From positions 39,804,001 through 39,868,000 of the forward strand of contig OX597834.1 of the NCBI GenBank assembly GCA_951406725.2: a DNA stretch of 64,000 nucleotides. The letters are read 5' to 3'. Under the pieces are notes generated by a model, which saw only the letters and a program-made list of their open reading frames with translations, was not told where the DNA came from and did not search any database. Positions within the stretch are counted from its first letter, which is position 1. Every line of letters begins with the position of its first letter. The DNA is from Octopus vulgaris. Lineage: Eukaryota. The position numbers and the translations under genes are program-made. Positions 56,029 through 64,000 of the stretch are shown here, piece by piece.

Positions 56029-56332
56029 AAATATATACATACAATATTAGATATGTACATATATACACAAGGGTACTACATGAGTACCTATATCGCTCAT
56101 GAGAGAAGTCAAAAAATACTTCTGTACCACTAAATAGTCACAAATCTATTACAGACAAGATAGGAAAAAATATCAGTGAACATTAATAATAATGTCTTAC
56201 ATCAAATGGGTCAGAACAGGTAAATGCTGGTCAACTCGGTACCGGTTTCGCTAATCTATCATTAGCGATATAGGTACTCATGTAGTACCCTTGTGTATAT
56301 ATGTACATATCTAATATTGTATGTATATATTT
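56029..56332. repeat. Inverted repeat (78-bp arms, 2 mismatches, 148-nt spacer)
   Basis: 56029-56106 pairs with 56255-56332. Confidence 0.9.
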
Positions 56333-56412
56333 AATTAATTTGCCTGTACAGCAGATAATTCGCTTCCCACTTGGGATGGTATTTTAATAATACCATCCCT
56401 ATATTTATTTAT

Positions 56413-56495
<83 letters not shown>

Positions 56496-56499
<4 letters not shown>

Positions 56500-56874
56500 G
56501 AAGTGGCTGTGTGGTAAGTAGCTTGCTTACCAACCACATGGTTCCAGGTTCAGTACCACTGCATGACACCTTGGGCAAGTGTCTTCTACTATAGCCTAGG
56601 GCGGACCAAAGCCTTGTGAGTGGATTTGGTAGACGGAAACTGAAAGAAGCCTGTCGTATATTCATGTGTGTGTGTGTGTGTTTCTGTGTCTGTGTTTGTC
56701 CGCCCCACAATGTTGGAAACCAATGTTGGTGAGTTTATGTCCCTGTAACTTAGCGGTTCGGCAAAAAAGACTGATAGAATAAGTACTAGGCTTACAAAGA
56801 ATAAGTCGTGAGATCGACTAAAGGCGGTGTTCCATGCAAGGCCACAGTCAAATGACTGACACAAGTAAAAGAAT
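56496..56874 (+). mobile_element. SINE family A, full length
   Basis: gtggctgtgtggtaagtagcttgc...ggttcagt...caagtaaaagaat. Confidence 0.9.
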
Positions 56875-58167
56875 AAAAAAATATTGTTATATATATATAC
56901 ACACACATGCACATATACTCGAATATATAAATATACACACCCACATATATATATATACATACACACAAATACACATACATCCATACACATTTAGGATCAC
57001 TCTGTCGGTTACGACGACGAGGGTTCCAGTTGATCCGATCAACGGAACACCTTGCTCGTGAAAGTAATGTGCAAGTGGCTGAGTACTCCTCAGACTCATG
57101 TACCCTTAACGTAGTTCTCAGGGAGATTCAGTGTGATGTGGAATGTGGCAAGGCTGTCCCTTTGAATTACAGGTGTGACTTATTTTTGCCAGGTGAGCAG
57201 ACTTTCTACTTTAGGCACAAAGCCTGAAATTTGGGGAGAGGGGACTAGTTGACTACATTGACCCCAGTGTTTCACTGGTACTTAATTGACTGACCCCCAA
57301 AAGAATAAAAGGCAAAGTCGACGACAGTAAGATTTGAACCGAGAACATAAAGACAGATGAAATATCACTAAGTATTTTGCCTGGCGTGCTAATGATTCTA
57401 TCTGCTCGCTGCCTTTGTCATAATAATAATAATAATAATAATGGTTTCGAATTTTAGCACAAGGCCAGCAATTTCGTGGGAGGGGACGAGTAGATAACAT
57501 CAACTCCAGTGCTTGGCTGGCACTTAATTTATCGACCCCATAAGGATGAAAGGCAAAGTCAACCTCGCCAGAATTTGAACTCAGAACGTGAAGACAGATG
57601 AAATGCCACTATGCATTTTGTCTGGCATGTTAACGATTCTGCCAGCTCACCACCTTTGAGGTAGTAGCAGTAGTAGTAGTTGTAGTAGTAGTTGTAGTAG
57701 TAGTTGTAGTAGTAGTTGTAGTAGTAGTAGTAGTAAAGTGCCAAATAATGTACGAAAAAGAGGTGTTTAGACCCACACAAAAATGGAAACATTGCCATTA
57801 TTAAACGAAGATGATGATGATTTATTTCCAGATGAGTCAGCGTAATTAGATGACAAAATATAAATAAAATATAAACTTCCAGAATGTTCCAATATTAATA
57901 TGTCCAATACCCCCCCACAACCTCCCCACCCACACACACACCTCTATTATTCTAATTCTTCTAGATGAGATCTTCGTTGCCAATATGATATTAAAAATAT
58001 TACTAATTAGCATTTAATATTTAAGAGTACGAGTCCCACCTCTTTTTTCTGTCTTTTATTTCGTTATCTTATCTCTTGATTAAACGAGGATAAATGGTAT
58101 CGTCACTAATCAGTAAATTAGTAAACAGCCTTATTCTCAAAAGACGAGATATTAACAAAAACAAAAA

Positions 58168-58209
<42 letters not shown>

Positions 58210-58709
58210 ACACATACACATACATATATACACACATACACACATACGCACATAAAGCAAAATAATGAAAGAAACAACAGCATTTCTCTCGCATTTAAAA
58301 TATTTTGGTAACCTTGCTTCTAACCATTATTTAACCATTGGTAACCATGGGAACCGTATTGCTGTTTATTATTGCACTTGCTCTCTAATAACGAAGGTTA
58401 TCAACAGGAACTTGTTTCAAAATGCTGATGAAGGTGATGACGATGATGATCATGGTGATGATGATGGTGGTGGTGGTGATGATGATGGTGGTGGTGGTAT
58501 ATTGGTGCCGCCATCACCGCCGCCCTCTCCTGCGTATTGTATTTTTAATCCATTTAGAATGAAAATAATATTTTATTCACTGTTGCCACCGAATAGATTT
58601 GAAAATGAATGGGGAGCAGGGGGTGGGGTTTCCTGTGTGCGTGTGCATATCTGCATTTCAGTGCATATATGCATGTATATTTCTCTATGCACATGCATTT
58701 GTGCACATG

Positions 58710-58742
<33 letters not shown>

Positions 58743-58767
58743 ATATATATATATATATATGTATGTA

Positions 58768-58823
<56 letters not shown>

Positions 58824-59239
58824 TATATGTATGTATGTATGTGTGTATGTATGTATATGGATGTATTTGTTATGCGTAATATCACGTGAAAGCTAATATA
58901 TTAAATGTCAAGATACACTCTCTAAAGTTATCTGCAAGAGTTTGACCCTTAACTATTGGAGGTCAACAGAAACCAATGAGTATATTTCTAACCTTTGACT
59001 TTATAGTATTAACTCTAAATAAAATTTTTTTTTTATGCTGTCCCTTTTGGATTAAATAAATAAATAAATAAATAAATAGGCACAGGCGTGGCTGTGTGGT
59101 AAGAAGGTTGCTTCCCAACCACATGGTTTTGAGTTCAGTCCCACTGCGTGGTACCTTGCGCAAGTGTCTTTTACTACAGCCTCGAACCGACCAAAGCTTT
59201 GTGAGTGGATTTGGTAGATGGAAACTGGAAGAAGCCCTT

Positions 59240-59284
<45 letters not shown>

Positions 59285-60442
59285 GATTTTTTTTCTACAG
59301 AATGAAGAGCAAGCCTTCTTCTCTCATACTCTCAATTTTGGTCAACTTGCACCGCAGGGTCTTGGAGGAGATAGTGTTAGTTAAAGGCTACCAAACCTGC
59401 CACACACAGACAGACAACTTCAGCTTTATATATATAGATATAAAATTTGCACACCACTTCAAACAATCTATACATATATCATTAGACACACACATATACG
59501 CATGGGCTTCCACAAAGTTTCCATCTATCAAATCCACTCATAAGACATTGATTGACCCAGGGCTATAGTAGAAAGAAATATGCCCAAGGTGCTGTACAGT
59601 GAGACCGAATTTCAGACTACATCGTTCCAAAACAAGCTTCTTAACCACCCGGTCATGCTAGATTTTGAAAGACATTTTCGTCTGGTGCTTCTACAACATC
59701 TCTCTTATCCTCCACTATCTCTCCCCCATCACAGACCCATTAATTACAAGCTAAAATGATTGGAAGAGATTTAATTAATGCTGTTAATGAACTGCTAAAT
59801 CAAAGCTTTCAAAAACAAGACATGTGACCTAGTTCCATTGTAAATTCTGACAAATTCCATTCCGTTTCTCTCTTCCTGCCCACATTAATGTCTCTTCTAT
59901 GTCTGAAATATATTCTATCAATCTCAGAAGAAAAGACAATATCGATTCCAGTAGGATTAGAACTTAGAATACAAAGGCATGTTCCTCCCCCACTTCCTAC
60001 TCTCTCTTTACTCACCTTCTTGTACCTTAAGAGTATGTCCTGTCCTCATCTCTACCATCCTTTCTCCTACTGGGGTACCCATGTATTTCTTCTACAGCAA
60101 GACACTCACCCTTGTCCCTTTATCTTACTTTAGTCTCTCTCAACACCTGGCACAATTCCATTTCCTATTCTGCACTCCCTACTTTTTGAAGGGTCTAGCA
60201 TGTTACTTGGTAACCCACTAGTGCTGGTGCTCTAACACCAAAAAGTAACCAGTACACTCTGTAGTAGGTGGTGCTAGGAAGGATATTCAGCTGAAGGGAT
60301 CTTGCAAAAGCAGACAATGGAACCCAAAACAGCCCTTAGGCTAGTCAGATCCTATTGAAGCATTCAACTCACTCCAGCATAGAACATGGCAATGATGGTG
60401 ATGCTCCTTACCAATTTATGGTTCTATATCAATGTGTGAAAT

Positions 60443-60855
60443 CGGCTGTGTGGTAAGTAGCTTGCTAACCAACCACATGGTTCTAGGTTCAGTCCCACTG
60501 CATGGTACCTAGGGCAAGTGTCTTCTGCTATAGCCCCGGGCCGACCAATGCCTTGTGAGTGGATTTGGTAGACGGAAACTGAAAGAAGCCTGTCGTATAT
60601 ATGTATATGTATGTATGTGTGTGTATATGTTTGTGTGTCTGTGTTTGTCCCCCTAGCATTGCTTGACAACCGATGCTGGTGTGTTTACGTCCCCGTCACT
60701 TAGCGGTTCGGCAAAACAGACCAATAGAATAAGTACTGGGCTTACAAAGAATAAGTCCCGGGGTCGAGTTGCTCGACTAAAGGCGGTGCTCCAGCATGGC
60801 TGCAGTCAAATGACTGAAACAAGTAAAAGAGTAAAAGAGAGTAAGAGTAAAGAGT
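60443..60855 (+). mobile_element. SINE family A, full length; older or partial copies at ~7085-7260, 7545-7615, 11350-11600, 13030-13240, 16610-16985, 17803-18040, 19055-19210, 21783-22150, 23755-23885, 34360-34510, 37770-37965, 40345-40770, 51270-51462, 55065-55225, 59085-59245, 59500-59660
   Basis: Same family sequence with (TAAAAGAG)n tail. Confidence 0.9.
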
Positions 60856-60940
60856 ATATATAAACATACGTAACTACATGTGGATTGTTGGCGACTTTTT
60901 GCCTCTGTCTTCCTTTTCTTTTGGACTTTGCTCTGTCTCC

Positions 60941-60977
60941 TGTTCCTGAAGAAGAGCTTTGTTCGAAACATAAAACA
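60941..60977 (+). ncRNA. Minimal type I hammerhead-ribozyme-like motif in a Penelope-type repeat (~60870-61060)
   Basis: UGUUC-CUGAAGA-A-GAGC(UUU)GUUC-GAAACAUA-AAACA: core boxes, stem II and stem I are present; stem III carries a CpG-type mutation. Confidence 0.5.
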
Positions 60978-61059
60978 CCCTTTCTTTCCTTCCCTGAGTG
61001 TCTTATTAATACTTTGAATGTACCACGTCCTCGCATTGTTGTTTTTTTTCTATTCCTTT

Positions 61060-61104
<45 letters not shown>

Positions 61105-61179
61105 TAATTAAGGGTAGAAATTGATATTAGTCAATTAAAACCAGTGGACTAGCATATTAAAAAGAATACGAAGATTAAA

Positions 61180-61407
61180 ATATATATATATACCAATTAA
61201 GGACTGAACATGAAAAGTGGACAGTCAACATGCTAGATATAGACGTCAAATCGCCATTCTCCACAAAAGATTATGTTCTCAGATCAAACTGTGCTGAGTT
61301 TGATCTGAGAACATAATCTTTTGTGGAGAATGGCGATTTGACGTCTATATCTAGCATGTTGACTGTCCACTTTTCGTGTTCAGTCCTTAATTGGTATATA
61401 TATATAT
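61180..61407. repeat. Near-perfect palindrome (111-bp arms, 6-nt loop)
   Basis: 61180-61290 pairs with 61297-61407 with a single T/G mismatch. Confidence 0.95.
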
Positions 61408-61776
61408 ATGATAATAGTAGAGAATGTAATTCCAAAGGGCATTAGTATGCTATGAGGATTTTTATGCTTTGACATCAGACTATTTTCTGTTGTCAATATA
61501 GAGTGAAGGCTTATGATTTCATTAACAATATGACAGACTCTCCCGTCGAAGATGTATGAGTGTTCAGCTTGTTTGGTGAACGACCTACATAAAGGATTCG
61601 TTTATGGTGATCAAACTCCGTCCGTCAAATTGACATTTTCTGCACAGGTGCATGGTGTCCCGTGCCTCAAGTGCCAAAGTGATCGCAGAGGAACACGAGA
61701 TGAAGTGTTTTGCTCAAGAACACAACGCACCATCTGGCCTAGGAACTGAAACCACCATCTCGTGACATGTGTGTAT

Positions 61777-61810
<34 letters not shown>

Positions 61811-61882
61811 GGGTAAATAATTATTAATTTTAAAAAAACCAACAATTATTTATGGGTAGATTTTGTTCTTTTCGTAAACTCT

Positions 61883-62001
<119 letters not shown>

Positions 62002-62167
62002 CACACACATATATATGCACATATACATACACACACACACACATATATATACATATTTATATACACACACACACATATATACATATATATATATATAGAT
62101 AGATATATAGTCAATTCAAATAACCAAATAGTTCAAATAAATGTGGATTTGCATAAGAAATGTTAAA

Positions 62168-62204
<37 letters not shown>

Positions 62205-64000
62205 GGTGGTGGTAGTAGTAGTAGTAGTATTTATAAGGGGGAGAAGTGGCAGAATCATTTGAACATCAGATAGAAAGTGCTGTGCTATTTGTTTTGAATC
62301 TCTGCAATTTGAGTTCAAATCTGGGTCAGTTTTTGCCTTTCATCAGAATTATGGAAATTTAGTGCAGCACTTTTTCTCATTTTCTTTTCTGATTTTTGCC
62401 TGGTTAAAAAATAAAAGGTTTTGCTCCTGTGTTCTTCTGTTTTCTCTGTCAGTCTGTCTGTCTGTCTCTCTCTCTCTCTCGCCCACTTGCTCCCTCTCAT
62501 ACACAAACAGTTAATTACTGTCTCTTTCTCTCTCACACACACACACACACACACACCCATACAGTTAATTACTATCAGTTTCTCTGATCTCTCAATCTCT
62601 CTCAATTTACTATTACCAGCTATAACACGAGAGAGAGAAAGATAGATATAGAGAGAGAGAGAAAGAGAGAGAGAGCGAAAGTGAGTGCAAGAGAGAGATA
62701 ATGAGAAAGGGAAAGAGAGAGAGAATAAGAAAGCAAAAAAGAGAGAGAGAGAGATAAGAGATACATAAAGCTGCATTACTGTCATCATACCACCAGACTG
62801 ATGGTTTACATCCCAATAAAGTCTTTACATTGATAACTGGTGTTTGTTTGGCTATCTTCCAGGATATGAGAAAGTATTTTTTATATTGTTATGGACACAC
62901 ATGCACACACACATACACATACACATGTGTTTGTGAATGTATGCATATAAACAGAAATATACTGTAATAACATGTTTACAAATATATGCTGCCAGCCGCA
63001 GAGATAAAAACCAGATGCAATTTTAACAATATGGTTTAGGAAAAACACCTCAGGGGAACATTCTGCATATTAAACAGAATTAGAGTAGGGTATTACATAT
63101 AGTGAGTTGAAAAATTTCGATTAACTGACCTTACTGGAGTTATTATCTACTTCGCTTGTTTTTTAGATTCCAAATAACCCTAGAGGGAGTTTTTATCTAT
63201 TAATTACTAGGATTATCTCAATTGATCAAAGTTTTTCAACCTACAACATTGCATATGAAACCTTACCATGGAAGAAACTTTAACTGTTTACACACACACA
63301 CACACACCGTGTATACTGTGTTCTGTTCCTGTGATTATTTTATTTTATTATCCTGTTCTGTAAGGTTTATTTTTGATAGCTCCAACTATAGCTACAGAGA
63401 AGTCCCATTAACAGGTGTTCAAAACCACAATAAAGTTTAGTTGATGGCTGATGAGGGGAAGTTATTTGTTTATATTTGTCTTTTCATTTTAAATTCTTTG
63501 CATGTAAACTCTTGTTGAAAGACATTCTGCACTCCCTGTTTTTATCACATCCTGTAATTAGTTTTCGTTCTATTTTCCATTCCATAACTTTTATGAGTTC
63601 ATATCAGAAGCTGAACAAAAAAAATAGCCTCTAAAGTGTGTGCACATGAGTGTGTGTGTGTTTATAGCAGTGTTGTTGATGGCATTTCTCCTGTCAATGA
63701 TTTGTGTGTTCACTTCATATCTTGGAAGTCATGAGGAATACTTCAAAAGCAGGTAAGGGTTAGCATAAGACAGAGAATCCAGTAGTAAAAGAAATAATAC
63801 AGCAATACCATATTTGGGCATGTACACACACACACACACACACACACATAAAATAGACACATTTCTTTTCTGTCCTTTTTCTCTTATCTGTTGTTTCCAT
63901 AGAAGCATATAAACAAATAAGCAGACAGACACACCAACAGACAGATAGATACATGGATATATGCATGGATGTAACAGGCTTCTTACAGTTTCCGCCTTCT

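Noticed and set aside
60443-60520. tRNA-like sequences
   Set aside because: They are SINE heads continuing into SINE bodies; no complete cloverleaf or terminator.
63448-63520. CTGATGA...GAAA hammerhead-like spacing
   Set aside because: Stems I and III cannot be formed; at most a decayed PLE remnant.

Overview
Eukaryotic, AT-rich and extremely microsatellite-rich genomic DNA. The repeat families look like those of an octopus (coleoid cephalopod) genome; this is my recognition, not a database result. Nearly all ORFs in the supplied track are artefacts of (TA)n, (CA)n, (GAT)n and minisatellite arrays or of SINE copies. The window reads best as the 5' part of one very large minus-strand gene that is mostly intron. 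I find a 200-nt protein-like exon (9130-9329) and three further candidate 5' exons (ending at 26089, 51700 and 52454). Read from a nearby ATG, all four end in splice phase 2, which suggests alternative N-termini. I could not identify the gene. Between the exons lie dozens of SINEs from at least four families, hAT, mariner and piggyBac-type MITEs, a Helitron, a Helentron-type element, R4/Dong LINE fragments and several minisatellites. The most notable signals are a textbook recursive-splice-site motif (branch point, pyrimidine tract, CAG|GTGAGT at 16141), hammerhead-ribozyme-like motifs in Penelope-type repeats and fold-back elements, and several long intronic hairpins.
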